Origin: Candidatus Cloacimonadales bacterium
GTDB lineage: Bacteria > Cloacimonadota > Cloacimonadia > Cloacimonadales > JAFGVF01
Assembly: GCA_963663475.2 (NCBI GenBank)
Contig: CAXXJV010000002.1
Span: 32,001-96,000 of the forward strand
Direction of reading: 5' to 3'
Length of the DNA: 64,000 nucleotides
Positions 40,704 through 51,090 of this stretch are shown here, in pieces (position 1 is the first letter of the stretch; each line of letters begins with the position of its first letter). The notes beneath the pieces are model-generated. The model searched no databases, was not told the origin of the DNA, and saw nothing but the letters and a program-made list of their open reading frames with translations. A program made the position numbers and the translations under genes.

Positions 40704-42116
40704 ATGGTAAAGATTGACACAAGTGGTTTAGAATCATTCATCCCAGAACAAGAGATTTTTGATATATTAGAAAAAACTAAGAATCCAAGTAAAGCTAGAG
40801 TCCAAGAGATTATTGCTAAATCTTTGGATAAAAACAGACTAAGTCCTGAAGAAACAGCAACCCTCATAAATTGTGAAGACCCAGAATTAATTCAAGAAAT
40901 ATACAAGGGAGCTAGGGCATTAAAAGAGAAAATTTATGGAAATAGAATAGTACTTTTTGCTCCTCTCTATGTTGGTAATGAATGTGTGAATGATTGTGTT
41001 TATTGTGGTTTCAGAGTCTCTAATAAAGAAACTCATAGAAATACTTTAACAATGGATCAATTAGAAGAAGAGGTTAAGGCATTAGAATCACGTGGTCATA
41101 AACGTCTGATTATGGTTTATGGTGAACACCACATGTATTCTCCTGAATTTATTCGAGATACTGTCTTAAAAACTTATGAAACTAAAGAAGGAAAGGGTGA
41201 AATCAGAAGGGTTAATATTAATGCTGCTCCCTTAGATGTTGAAGGTTTCAAGACTGTAAAGTCTGCTGGAATTGGGACATATCAGATTTTCCAAGAAACT
41301 TATCATCAAGAATCATATAAGAAATTCCATCCAACAGGACCTAAGAGTAATTATTTATGGCGTTTATATGGTTTAGATAGGGCTATGCAAGCTGGTATTG
41401 ATGATTTAGGTATTGGAGCTTTGATGGGGCTATATGATTGGCGTTTCGAGGTAATGGGACTTCTTTACCATACTATTCATTTAGAAAAAACCTTTAATAT
41501 AGGACCTCACACTATCTCTTTCCCAAGAATTGAACCTGCAAATAACACAGAGATAACCGAGCAACCTCCTTATGCAGTGTCCGATGATGATTTTAAGAAA
41601 TTAGTTGCCATTCTACGTTTAGCAGTTCCTTATACAGGCTTAATTCTTACTGCTCGTGAACCAATTGCCATCAGAAATGAAGTTATTGCTTTTGGCGTTT
41701 CTCAGATTGATGCAGGTTCTAGCATTGGTATTGGAGATTATTCTCATAAAGATGAGGAGTCTTTCAAGAAAAGTCAGTTTGTTTTAGGCGATCAAAGGTC
41801 TTTAGATGATGTAATAAAAGAACTAGCTACACATGGTTTCCTCCCTTCATTCTGTACAGCATGCTATCGTTTAGGTAGAACAGGTGAACACTTTATGGAG
41901 TTTGCTATACCTGGATTTGTTAAGAAATTCTGTACTCCTAATGCTATTTTAACTGTTTCAGAGTATGTGCATGATTATGGTACAGCAGATACAATTAAAG
42001 CAGTTAACGAACAGATTAACAAAGAAATTGAAGAAATGGAAGATGAAAAGATAAAGATAGAGCTAAAGGAAAAGTTAGCTAGGGTAGCTAAGGGAGAACG
42101 TGACCTTTACTTCTAA
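40704..42116 (+). CDS. hydG: [FeFe]-hydrogenase H-cluster radical SAM maturase HydG
   Basis: CVNDCVYC radical SAM motif; C-terminal CTAC-X22-C; GPHTISFPR. Confidence 0.95.
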   Translation: MVKIDTSGLESFIPEQEIFDILEKTKNPSKARVQEIIAKSLDKNRLSPEETATLINCEDPELIQEIYKGARALKEKIYGNRIVLFAPLYVGNECVNDCVYCGFRVSNKETHRNTLTMDQLEEEVKALESRGHKRLIMVYGEHHMYSPEFIRDTVLKTYETKEGKGEIRRVNINAAPLDVEGFKTVKSAGIGTYQIFQETYHQESYKKFHPTGPKSNYLWRLYGLDRAMQAGIDDLGIGALMGLYDWRFEVMGLLYHTIHLEKTFNIGPHTISFPRIEPANNTEITEQPPYAVSDDDFKKLVAILRLAVPYTGLILTAREPIAIRNEVIAFGVSQIDAGSSIGIGDYSHKDEESFKKSQFVLGDQRSLDDVIKELATHGFLPSFCTACYRLGRTGEHFMEFAIPGFVKKFCTPNAILTVSEYVHDYGTADTIKAVNEQINKEIEEMEDEKIKIELKEKLARVAKGERDLYF

Positions 42117-42245
42117 GCTAATGAATAAATAGAAATTAGGAAAAATAACTAAAGAAAATGATAGTGGATAAAATAAAAATATTAACTTTTTCTTGACATA
42201 ATTCAAGCTAGTTAATAAAAAGGTTTTACTCAGTATAAATGATGT

Positions 42246-42321
42246 GGCGGGATAGCTCAGTTGGTAGAGCAGAGGCCTGAAAAGCCTTGTGTCCCCAGTT
42301 CAAGTCTGGGTCTTGCCACCA
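42246..42321 (+). tRNA. tRNA-Phe (GAA)
   Basis: 76-nt cloverleaf, anticodon loop CTGAAAA, TTCAA T-loop, encoded CCA. Confidence 0.96.
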
Positions 42322-42346
42322 TACCAAAAATAATCAAATTAATAAA

Positions 42347-42422
42347 GGCGGGATAGCTCAGTTGGTAGAGCAGAGGCCTGAAAAGCCTTGTGTCCCCAGT
42401 TCAAGTCTGGGTCTTGCCACCA
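42347..42422 (+). tRNA. tRNA-Phe (GAA), identical second copy
   Basis: Identical 76-nt sequence after a 25-bp spacer. Confidence 0.96.
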
Positions 42423-42429
42423 TATTTAA

Positions 42430-42455
42430 GGCACTCAATTCGAGTGCCATTTTTG
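42430..42455 (+). terminator. tRNA operon terminator
   Basis: ggcactc-aattc-gagtgcc followed by atttttg. Confidence 0.7.
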
Positions 42456-42488
42456 TTTGTAAAACCTGATAATCTCTAAGGAGAATAA

Positions 42489-44036
42489 ATGTATATTATT
42501 AAGAATATATCAACTAGATTAGCCCATCATCCTGACTTAGCCCAAGTAATAGCTCATAAATTTGGAATAACTGAATCTGATTTTAAAATTATAAATATTA
42601 CTAGAAGATCTATTGATAGTAGAAAAAGAAATAATGTTTGGTTAAACTTCACTGTAGAAGCCGAATTTTATGGTAATCCTCCTCTTCATCATGATATTGT
42701 TGAAGTTAAAGACAAGAAGATAAAGGATATAATAAGTATAAATCTTTCAGATATAAATCCCCTAATCATAGGCTGTGGCCCAGCTTCTCTCTTTGCAGGT
42801 TTAGCATTAGTAGAAGAAGGTTTTAAACCTCACTTTTTTGAGCAAGGAGAAAGAATAGAAGCTCGTGATGAAAAAGTGGATTATTTATGGTTACATAATC
42901 AGCTTGATCCAGATTCAAATGTTCAATTTGGTGAAGGTGGGGCAGGTGCCTATTCTGATGGTAAGTTAACTGCTCGTAATAGAGACCAATATTCTGAGAA
43001 AATATATAATTATCTTACTCAATTTGGTGCTGATAAAAAAATTAGCATTGATGCACTTCCTCATCTAGGAACTGATGGAATTAAGGCTGTTACAAGCAAA
43101 ATCATTAGCTATTTAGAAGATAAGGGTGCTGTTTTTCATTTCTCTCATAAAGTCACCGATATAAAATCAGTTAATGACAGACTTGAACTTACTATAAATG
43201 ACCAGAAGATTCAACCAGAAATATGTTTGTTAGGAGTTGGTAATTCTGCAAGACAGCTTTTTACTAATATGAAGAATAATGAAATTGCTATGGAAGCTAA
43301 ATCATTTGCCATAGGTTTTAGAATTGAACACAGTCAAGAATATATAAATAACTTATTTTATGGAGAGAAATGTGATTTTAATGTCACAGGACCTGCAAGC
43401 TATCGTTTAACAGCTAAGGCTGGAGATCATAGCGTCTATAGCTTCTGTATGTGTCCTGGTGGCACTGTCGTGTGTGGATCTTCTGAAGCTAATAGTATTG
43501 TAACCAATGGTATGAGTTATGCACAAAGAGATGGCAGATACGGTAATTCTGCCTTAGTAGCCTCTATAGAACCAAAGCATTTTGGCAAGGATATCCTAGC
43601 TGGTATGAATTTACAAAGACAAATTGAGAAAAAAGCTTTTAAAGAATTTTATAATGCTCCAGCCCAATTAGGTAGAGATTTTTTAAAGAATAAGCAAAGT
43701 GCCAAACTTCCTAAGGCAACTTATAGACCAGGTATCTATAGTGCTAGCATGGGACAACTTTTCCCTATCTATATCACTAAGGCCTTGGTTACAGGAATGA
43801 AGCATCTAAATAAAAGCTATAAGGGTTTTATTGATAATGGACTTTTGATAGGTCCTGAAACAAGAACTTCCTCACCAATTAGAATTTTAAGAGACCACTA
43901 TACTGGTCAAAGTATAAATACTAAAGGCTTGTATCCAATTGGAGAAGGTGCCGGATATGCTGGAGGAATTATTTCTTCGGCTGTTGATGGTTATAAAGCT
44001 GGTTCAAGATTTAGATTAAATCAAATAGTGGGGTAG
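42489..44036 (+). CDS. FAD-dependent oxidoreductase (COG2509-like)
   Basis: IIGCGPA, NVQFGEGGAGAYSDGKL, FCMCPGG, ETRTSSP, GEGAGYAGGI. Confidence 0.9.
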   Translation: MYIIKNISTRLAHHPDLAQVIAHKFGITESDFKIINITRRSIDSRKRNNVWLNFTVEAEFYGNPPLHHDIVEVKDKKIKDIISINLSDINPLIIGCGPASLFAGLALVEEGFKPHFFEQGERIEARDEKVDYLWLHNQLDPDSNVQFGEGGAGAYSDGKLTARNRDQYSEKIYNYLTQFGADKKISIDALPHLGTDGIKAVTSKIISYLEDKGAVFHFSHKVTDIKSVNDRLELTINDQKIQPEICLLGVGNSARQLFTNMKNNEIAMEAKSFAIGFRIEHSQEYINNLFYGEKCDFNVTGPASYRLTAKAGDHSVYSFCMCPGGTVVCGSSEANSIVTNGMSYAQRDGRYGNSALVASIEPKHFGKDILAGMNLQRQIEKKAFKEFYNAPAQLGRDFLKNKQSAKLPKATYRPGIYSASMGQLFPIYITKALVTGMKHLNKSYKGFIDNGLLIGPETRTSSPIRILRDHYTGQSINTKGLYPIGEGAGYAGGIISSAVDGYKAGSRFRLNQIVG

Positions 44037-44311
44037 ATTTTTGTGAATAGAATAATCTGCACTCTTCTCTAAAGCTCTATTGCACCATTTGGGTTGAATT
44101 AAAAAAATAGAAAGAAAGGCTCAAGTTCAAGTCTGGTGGGAATAATCCCAAATAATGCAGTAGAACTTTGTGAATAGCACTATATTCTTCTGCAAAAGTA
44201 GCTTCCATAATTTCTCCGAATATATAAAATATATGCGTCAAAATTCTGTAAGCTATTTTGCTAGAATAATCTGCACTCTTCACTAAAGCTCTATTGCACC
44301 ATTCGGTTAAA
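44015..44311. repeat. Family A short copy (44015-44098), family E (44118-44145) and family A long copy (44142-44311)
   Basis: Matches to the other copies; the first copy overlaps the stop codon of the oxidoreductase. Confidence 0.85.
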
Positions 44312-44320
44312 CTTGAAGAT

Positions 44321-45136
44321 TTACTTTTGAATTATATGAATATCTCTTTGAGGGAATGGGATATTAATACCATTAGTATCAAAGGATTTCTTAACTTTTT
44401 CAATTACATCAAAATGCACATTCCAGAATTCAGCTAATGGAACCCAGGCTCTAGCTTTGATATTAACCGAAGAATCTGCTAATTCACTAACTCTAGCAAA
44501 TGGTGGTGGATCTTTCAAGATTCGACTATCCTCTTCCAAAACTTCCATTATGAGTTTCTTAGCTTTCTCAAAATCATCGCTATAAGCAATACCAAAGACC
44601 CATTCATCTCTTCTAGTTTCTTGAGCTGTATAGTTAACAATATTTCCATTAGAAAGAGGTCCATTAGGGATAACTATCTTTTTATTATCAACAGTCTTTA
44701 AAACAGTATGGAAAATCTGAATAGAATCAACAGTTCCCATGTGGCCTTGAGCTTCAATAAAGTCTCCATTCTTAAATGGTTTTAATAGAATAATAAGAAC
44801 TCCTCCTGAGAAGTTACTTAAAGAACCTTGGAAGGCCAAACCTATAGCAAAGGCCATAGCACTTAAGATAGCTATGAAGGATGTCATTTGAATACCAATC
44901 ATAGTAGCTACACTTACTACAACAAGTACTTTAAGTATTATTCCTATTATATTTGTTAAGAATTCTAATAGGGTAACTTCTACTTTTGATTTCTCTAATG
45001 CTTTATGAACTATTCTTGTTATGATTCTGGATACCCAAAATCCAATTATCAGGGTAAGAATTCCTAAAAGCACTTTTGGTGCGTATTGAATTGCCATATC
45101 TGTGATTTTCTGTAAAATTTCTTCCCAATTAGGCAT
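44321..45136 (-). CDS. mscS: Small-conductance mechanosensitive channel
   Basis: AIGLAFQGSLSNF.GG, PFK.GD.I, IPNG, IPFPQRD. Confidence 0.94.
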   Translation of the reverse strand: MPNWEEILQKITDMAIQYAPKVLLGILTLIIGFWVSRIITRIVHKALEKSKVEVTLLEFLTNIIGIILKVLVVVSVATMIGIQMTSFIAILSAMAFAIGLAFQGSLSNFSGGVLIILLKPFKNGDFIEAQGHMGTVDSIQIFHTVLKTVDNKKIVIPNGPLSNGNIVNYTAQETRRDEWVFGIAYSDDFEKAKKLIMEVLEEDSRILKDPPPFARVSELADSSVNIKARAWVPLAEFWNVHFDVIEKVKKSFDTNGINIPFPQRDIHIIQK

Positions 45137-45220
45137 AATCTACTCCTTAGATTTTTTATTATAAGATGATTGTTTTTCTTAAAAAAACAATTTAATATTT
45201 AATAAATTTTTACTTTGAGC

Positions 45221-45532
45221 TTAAAGCCATATAATGCAGTAGATCTTTGCGAATAACACTATATTCTTTTGCACTCTTCAGCAAAATTCTACTGCATCAT
45301 TAGCTTCAATAAAAGAAAGAAGAAAGATTTACTTGCCCTTTTAATGATTTATCCTTCCTTTACAGTCTTTCGATGAAAAGCGGACTTTCATCGAAAGACT
45401 GTAAAGGAAGGATAAGGGATGAATAGAGATATAAGGAATGTCTTTTGCATAAAAAAAGTCAGTAGTCCTATTGTTAAACCCAAATGGTGCAATAGAGCTA
45501 TTCTCAAAGATCTATTGCATTATTTGGGTTAA
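45221..45532. repeat. Family A (45221-45308), family B palindrome (45349-45415, 30-bp perfect arms), minimal family A (45474-45532)
   Basis: ttatccttcctttacagtctttcgatgaaa-agcggac-exact reverse complement; family A TIRs. Confidence 0.88.
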
Positions 45533-45597
45533 AACATGCAAATTACTCTCTAAATTCTGCTGTTTAAGTAATATAAATTGCTTTTAAGTTAATTAAA

Positions 45598-45626
45598 TTG
45601 ACATGATATGAACTTTGAATTAATAT
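45598..45626 (+). promoter_or_regulatory. Sigma70-type promoter of the M6 protease gene
   Basis: TTGACA-N17-TAATAT. Confidence 0.6.
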
Positions 45627-45663
45627 ATATAAGAAGGAAAAACTAATAAAGAAAAGAGGATAT

Positions 45664-48357
45664 ATGAGACGACTTACAGTTTTACTTTTGGTATTATTAC
45701 CAATAATGTTGTTTAGTGCTTACGTAAAAGATGTTCCTATGCAAGTGGAACAGCCAAATGGTGATATCTTAGATATTTATGCTTCTGGTGATGAATATCA
45801 TCATTGGTTCCATGATAGCCAAGGATACACAATTACTAGAGATGAAAAAGGTTTTTACGTGTATGCCCAGAAGGTTAATGAAAAAATACTTCCTAGCAAA
45901 TACCTTGTAGGTGAAGCAATTCCCTCAGAAAAGGGTATAAGACCTAACCTCAACATAAGTCCTTCTGAATGGAAAGCAAAAAGAGATATCTTCTATGAAA
46001 ATAATCCAAGAGCAGAGGAGAGAACTCCCACAACAGGCCAATTAGTTAACTTAGTGATTTTTATCAAATTCCAGGGTGAAAGTGATTTCGCTACTGATAT
46101 ATCTTTTTATGATGATATGTTAAACGACACTTCTTTGGATGCTAATTCTACTTATAACTATTACCAAGAAGTTTCTTACGGTCAATTGGCTGTTACAGGT
46201 GAATTTTTCCCTCCAGTTTCTCCTCAAAACACAATAGTAGCTTATGAAGATCCCCATCCAAGAGGTTATTATGAAGCTTATTCTCCAGCCAATCCCATAG
46301 GCTATCAAGGTGGCGACCATGGAGAAGAAAGAGGCTATAGGGAACATACCTTATTAGCTAATGCTGCTGAGTATGTAGAATCAATGATTCCTGAGGATTT
46401 ACCAATAGATGGTGATAATGATGGTTATGTTGATAACGTGATTTATATAATTAAGGGTAGTCCCAACAATTGGGCATCATTACTTTGGCCTCACCGTTGG
46501 TCTCTTTATTATGCTGATGCTTATATCCATGGCAATAGAGTTTGGGATTTTAACTTCCAGTTAGAAACTCATCTAAACTCAAGTGGTAATAGTGTCATGT
46601 GTCATGAACTTTATCACTCTTTAGGTGCCCCAGATTTATATCGTTATGAATCAGATGGAGACCCTGTAGGAATGTGGGATTTGATGGCAGGTAATACAAA
46701 CCCACCTCAACATATGAATTCATATATGAAATATTACTATACAAACTGGATACCAGAAATACCAAAGATAGAAGAGAGTGGGACCTATTCTCTTTCTCCA
46801 GTTTCTTCAAATGAAAATCAAGTTTTCAAAATTCAATCATGGAACTATGCAGAAGATATTTATTTCGAATATAGAAGAATTGACCCACTATTTGAATCAG
46901 CACTTCCCAGCCAAGGCTTATTAGCTTATAAAATTAACAATGCTTTAGCTGGTGAAGGTAATGCAGGTGGACCTCCAGATGAAGTATATATTTACCGTCC
47001 AGGTGGTAACTCTAATGGTGGAGGTTTATTAACTTCTGCTCCTTTTGATGATAATAGTAACTATTTTGGCTTTGATTCATTCCCTCCAGCAATTGGAACA
47101 AACGGCAACTTTACTGGTGTTGATGTATATGATATTGTTGTAGGACCAGAAGAAATTACCTTCAAAGTAGATGTTTCAAATATATATTTCACCTCTTTAA
47201 ACAATGGAGAATCACTAATTGCAGGCGGAGTAAACAATATTACCTGGATTAGGAAAAATAATGTTACTACAATTGATTTAGAATATAGTACAGACAATGG
47301 AGAAAACTGGGAACTAATTGCTCAGGTTAATGCTAACACTGGCTCTTATAACTGGGAAATTCCAGAAGTAAATTCTGATCAAGTTTTATTGAAAGTTACT
47401 GAATTAGCTACTGGTAAATATGACCTTATAAATCAACCTTTGACTGTTATTTCTGAATTAGCTGTTCCTCAACTGCTTTATCCTCAAGATAGTGCAAGTT
47501 CAATAGCAACAAATCCTGAAATAAGCTGGCAACAAGTTATGGGTGCAACTGCCTATGATTTAGAAGTATCAGAAAGTCAGACTTTTGAATCTACCATCTA
47601 TTCAGATGAAGTTGAGGCTACAAGTGCTGAAATTGATAACTTAAACGCTTACACAAGTTACTATTGGAGGGTTAAAGCTCTCAATGGTCCACTAGCAAGT
47701 GACTATTCTCCAATTTATTCTTTCACTACTGGATCTTTCACTTCTGCTCCTGATAATGTTAGTCTCCAAGAACCAGTTAATAATGCGATAAATATGAGCT
47801 ATGAAAGTCTTGAATTATCTTGGCAACAAGTTTTTGCAGCAGAAAGTTATACTTTGCAAGTATGTAAGAATGTATATTTCTATACTGATTTAATTGAAGT
47901 TTCTGAGATTGAAACTGCTACATATCTTGTAACAGACTTAGATCCTTTAACTAGATATTACTGGAGAGTAAGAGCCCATAATTCTTTTGGTGATTCAGGT
48001 TGGTCTTCTATTAATCAGTTTGTTACAAGTCAAGCTGTTTCCAACGATAATAATAGTGTTCAGCTGGTAAATTCTTACCAAGGAAATTATCCAAATCCTT
48101 TCAATCCAGAAACTACTATTTCCTTTACAGTGGGTGCTGGCACAAGAGGTCAAACTCAAGCTGTTTCAGCTAGAATTTATAATCTAAGAGGACAGTTAGT
48201 TAATGAGCTTGTTAATGCAAATCTCAAGAGTGATAATTATAAGTACACTTGGAAGGGTAAAGATATGTCTGGAAAAGATGTAGCTTCTGGTGTTTATTAT
48301 CTTAGATTGCAAATTGGTAATGATATCAAAACTGGTAAAATGGTATTGATGAAATAG
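45664..48357 (+). CDS. Secreted M6 (immune inhibitor A-like) metalloprotease with Fn3-like domains and FlgD-Ig/T9SS-like CTD
   Basis: QPNG/GDEY propeptide, WPHRW, HELYHSLGAPDLY, W.LM; YYWRV.A repeats; NYPNPFNPETTISF. Confidence 0.92.
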   Translation: MRRLTVLLLVLLPIMLFSAYVKDVPMQVEQPNGDILDIYASGDEYHHWFHDSQGYTITRDEKGFYVYAQKVNEKILPSKYLVGEAIPSEKGIRPNLNISPSEWKAKRDIFYENNPRAEERTPTTGQLVNLVIFIKFQGESDFATDISFYDDMLNDTSLDANSTYNYYQEVSYGQLAVTGEFFPPVSPQNTIVAYEDPHPRGYYEAYSPANPIGYQGGDHGEERGYREHTLLANAAEYVESMIPEDLPIDGDNDGYVDNVIYIIKGSPNNWASLLWPHRWSLYYADAYIHGNRVWDFNFQLETHLNSSGNSVMCHELYHSLGAPDLYRYESDGDPVGMWDLMAGNTNPPQHMNSYMKYYYTNWIPEIPKIEESGTYSLSPVSSNENQVFKIQSWNYAEDIYFEYRRIDPLFESALPSQGLLAYKINNALAGEGNAGGPPDEVYIYRPGGNSNGGGLLTSAPFDDNSNYFGFDSFPPAIGTNGNFTGVDVYDIVVGPEEITFKVDVSNIYFTSLNNGESLIAGGVNNITWIRKNNVTTIDLEYSTDNGENWELIAQVNANTGSYNWEIPEVNSDQVLLKVTELATGKYDLINQPLTVISELAVPQLLYPQDSASSIATNPEISWQQVMGATAYDLEVSESQTFESTIYSDEVEATSAEIDNLNAYTSYYWRVKALNGPLASDYSPIYSFTTGSFTSAPDNVSLQEPVNNAINMSYESLELSWQQVFAAESYTLQVCKNVYFYTDLIEVSEIETATYLVTDLDPLTRYYWRVRAHNSFGDSGWSSINQFVTSQAVSNDNNSVQLVNSYQGNYPNPFNPETTISFTVGAGTRGQTQAVSARIYNLRGQLVNELVNANLKSDNYKYTWKGKDMSGKDVASGVYYLRLQIGNDIKTGKMVLMK

Positions 48358-48423
48358 AATTTTTAAAATTATAAGACCATAGTTTAGTGCTAACTAGATT
48401 ATGGTCAATTAAATATTTAATAT

Positions 48424-48450
48424 GTAGAGACGCAAGAGAAATGTGTCTCT
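48424..48450. repeat. GTAG-type REP-like hairpin that may act as terminator
   Basis: gtagagacgca-agagaaa-tgtgtctctac followed by a T run. Confidence 0.6.
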
Positions 48451-48499
48451 ACTTTTTTTTATTGACAAGCTTGATTGCCTTTTAATTATCAAAAATAAC

Positions 48500-48697
48500 T
48501 AAACCTAAATAATCTAGTAGATCTTTGTGAATCGCAGAATATTCTTATGCAAAAGTAACTTACATAAATTTTATGAAAATATATATTATATGCTTTCAAA
48601 TTCTGCAAGTTATTTTGCTATGATAATCTCCACTCTTCACCTGTGATACCTAGCTTTAGTGATGTATTACTAAACTCTACTGCATCATCTAGATTAA
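48500..48697. repeat. Degenerate family A long copy with internal insertion
   Basis: Recognisable alignment to 9965-10136. Confidence 0.7.
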
Positions 48698-48714
48698 AAA
48701 CCTATTGGAGAATT

Positions 48715-49248
48715 ATGAAAAAAATATATCTAATACTAATCTTATTCCTTGTTTTATTATCCTTTGCTTGTAAGAAGACTCCTAGTGAAAAGTCTCTTGC
48801 TCCCATTAACTTAAACTATGATTCCTTATTAGTAAAAGACAGACTAATGCTTTCACCTACTATTAAAGTTGTTCATTTAAAAGAATGGTTAATTGATGAT
48901 AAGGCTTCTGAAGGTAAAGAGAATATGTTATTCTTCCAAAATACAAATCTGTCTGGAATGATAACTATCAAGGGCTATATGGATGGAAATGCCACTAATT
49001 ATTTAAAAGAAGTTGAGCCTACTTTTGCTGGAAAAGAGATAATTTCTAAGAGCAATTTTACTTTCCAAGGCAAAAATTATCATCAGTTCATGGTTAGATC
49101 TCAAGAATATATTATTCTAAAAGCTGTGATTGAAATTGATGAAAATAATTATGTTGATACAAATCTTTTATTCAAGGAAGAGAACTATTTACAAATTAAA
49201 GCAATGATTGAAACTTATCTAGCCTCAATAGCCATAATGAATCAATAA
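48715..49248 (+). CDS. Hypothetical lipoprotein
   Basis: GGAG RBS, MKKIYLILILFLVLLSFAC lipobox; track start 48643 lies inside a repeat. Confidence 0.75.
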   Translation: MKKIYLILILFLVLLSFACKKTPSEKSLAPINLNYDSLLVKDRLMLSPTIKVVHLKEWLIDDKASEGKENMLFFQNTNLSGMITIKGYMDGNATNYLKEVEPTFAGKEIISKSNFTFQGKNYHQFMVRSQEYIILKAVIEIDENNYVDTNLLFKEENYLQIKAMIETYLASIAIMNQ

Positions 49249-49261
49249 TATTATCTCTTTA

Positions 49262-49879
49262 TTACTTATAAAAAAATCTACCCATACCTGTAAGAAAAAC
49301 AATTAATCCTAAGATAGAATGTTCAATAGTTACTAGCATGAGAGAACGTTGGCGATAATAATTAAGGGTAAAAACTAGGCCTGATATTAAAGTAAGTATT
49401 AGGGCTGGAAGATTATTATATATGATGTGCAAGAAACTAAAAGCTAGCATGTTTGTCATTAGCATTTGCTTATCAGAGAGGATATCTTTATAACGTTGGA
49501 AATAAAAAGGACGATAGATTAATTCTTGAGGAAAGGCAGATATCAGAGGATAAAAAATAGATATAATCAGCATTAAATGAGGTCTTTCTCTTAGCAAAAT
49601 AAAAGGCTTTTCGTCTAGAAAAAAGTAGATATAAGCAATAAAGAAGCTAAAAGTTCCTAAGTAAATTAAGGTCATTTTAATCCAGTATTGCTTATTTAAC
49701 TTAGGTAACTTATACCAGTTTTTATCAATATACTTGAACTTTATTGAAAGAAAAAGAACAAAGAGGAAGACAATTAAGAGTGTTAACAAGCGAGGGAGAG
49801 GTATGATATTATATTTCATCAATAGGGGAAGAACTACAAAAACAGTAAGCAACTCCAGATATTTCCATGTTTTTAACAT
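49262..49879 (-). CDS. CPBP (CAAX/Abi) intramembrane metalloprotease
   Basis: QELIYR, FSFLH, EHS motifs. Confidence 0.85.
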   Translation of the reverse strand: MLKTWKYLELLTVFVVLPLLMKYNIIPLPRLLTLLIVFLFVLFLSIKFKYIDKNWYKLPKLNKQYWIKMTLIYLGTFSFFIAYIYFFLDEKPFILLRERPHLMLIISIFYPLISAFPQELIYRPFYFQRYKDILSDKQMLMTNMLAFSFLHIIYNNLPALILTLISGLVFTLNYYRQRSLMLVTIEHSILGLIVFLTGMGRFFYK

Positions 49880-49985
49880 ATTAGACCTCAGTAATTTTTT
49901 TATAACAGAATAACTACATTTTTTGATTTGACAAAGATTAGTCTTATTTTTAATAGTAAATTATCTAATAAGCTGAGGTGATAGG

Positions 49986-51086
49986 ATGAGTAAGATTAAC
50001 CAAATAATTGAAATTCTTGAAAACAATGATAAAGAAAAACACCAGGTTCTAGTGGGATTTGATGGTTTTGTTGATGAAATCTGTCAAGTAGTAGAAGAAA
50101 GATTAACTGCTACAAGTTATCGACCAATAAAAACTATTTCTGACTATGCTAAAAAAGTAGCTAAATATGCTGGTTTAAGTATGAATATTGAAATTGTACC
50201 AAAACTAGTTAAGCTGGGTGGAAATGCTCCAATAATGGGCAACTGTTTGGCTGAACTCGGCAATAGCATTGATTTTATTGGGGCTATTGGTAAAGATAAA
50301 ATTCATCCTCTCTTTCAAGATTTTGCTAGTAAGTGTAGGAAGTGTTTCTCAATCTCAGACCCAGGTCATACTGATGCCTTAGAATTTAATGATGGTAAAA
50401 TAATGCTAGGTAAAATTGAACCCATGGATAGGGTAAACTGGCCAAATATACTTAAATCAGTAGGAGAAAAGCAAGTTCTTGAGATCGTTAGGGAATGTGA
50501 CTTATTAGCTTTTAATAATTGGACTCTTATCTTTGGTATGAATAGTATTATTGAAGGTATGAGGGAAATACTGAAAAAAACAGGTCATAATCCATATATC
50601 TACTTTGATTTAAGTGACCCTACTAAACGGGATAAACAGGATTTGAGAGAGGCAATCTATTATATTAGTAGTATGCAAAATGTTGGAAAAGTTGTGCTAG
50701 GACTCAACAAAAATGAGTCCGAATTAATCTCCCAGATTCTGAAGAAAGATCAAGCTGATTTAGCCCAAAGAGCCTTAATGATAAAAGAAAAAATGGCTAT
50801 CTATGCTTGTGTTATTCATGATATAAAAGGTGCTTGCTGTGGCTATGAAGATAGTGGTCTATGGCAAGATGGACCTTTTACCCCAAATCCAAAACTATCA
50901 ACAGGAGCTGGAGATAACTTTAATGCTGGCTTTTGTTATGGACTTCTCAATGGCTTAAATCCAGAACAAGCCCTCCTTACAGGCGTCTCTACTTCAGGCT
51001 TCTACGTTAGACAAGAAAGATCACCTCAATCTCATGAATTAAGAGAATTTATGCTGAAATTTTGTAATAATCAAATAGGAGACTAA
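49986..51086 (+). CDS. PfkB-family carbohydrate kinase
   Basis: GGNA N-terminal motif and STGAGDNFNAG. Confidence 0.82.
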   Translation: MSKINQIIEILENNDKEKHQVLVGFDGFVDEICQVVEERLTATSYRPIKTISDYAKKVAKYAGLSMNIEIVPKLVKLGGNAPIMGNCLAELGNSIDFIGAIGKDKIHPLFQDFASKCRKCFSISDPGHTDALEFNDGKIMLGKIEPMDRVNWPNILKSVGEKQVLEIVRECDLLAFNNWTLIFGMNSIIEGMREILKKTGHNPYIYFDLSDPTKRDKQDLREAIYYISSMQNVGKVVLGLNKNESELISQILKKDQADLAQRALMIKEKMAIYACVIHDIKGACCGYEDSGLWQDGPFTPNPKLSTGAGDNFNAGFCYGLLNGLNPEQALLTGVSTSGFYVRQERSPQSHELREFMLKFCNNQIGD

Positions 51087-51090
51087 GAGA

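Noticed and set aside
40704-42116. thiH
   Set aside because: The C-terminal CX2CX22C extension and TM1266 neighbour indicate HydG
42287-42469. 60-aa ORF
   Set aside because: Overlaps the two tRNA genes
48643-48714. N-terminal extension of the lipoprotein given in the ORF track (likewise 898-924, 38080-38196, 20332-20361)
   Set aside because: Downstream ATGs have an RBS and give the expected N-terminus (signal peptide, or the GcvH start)
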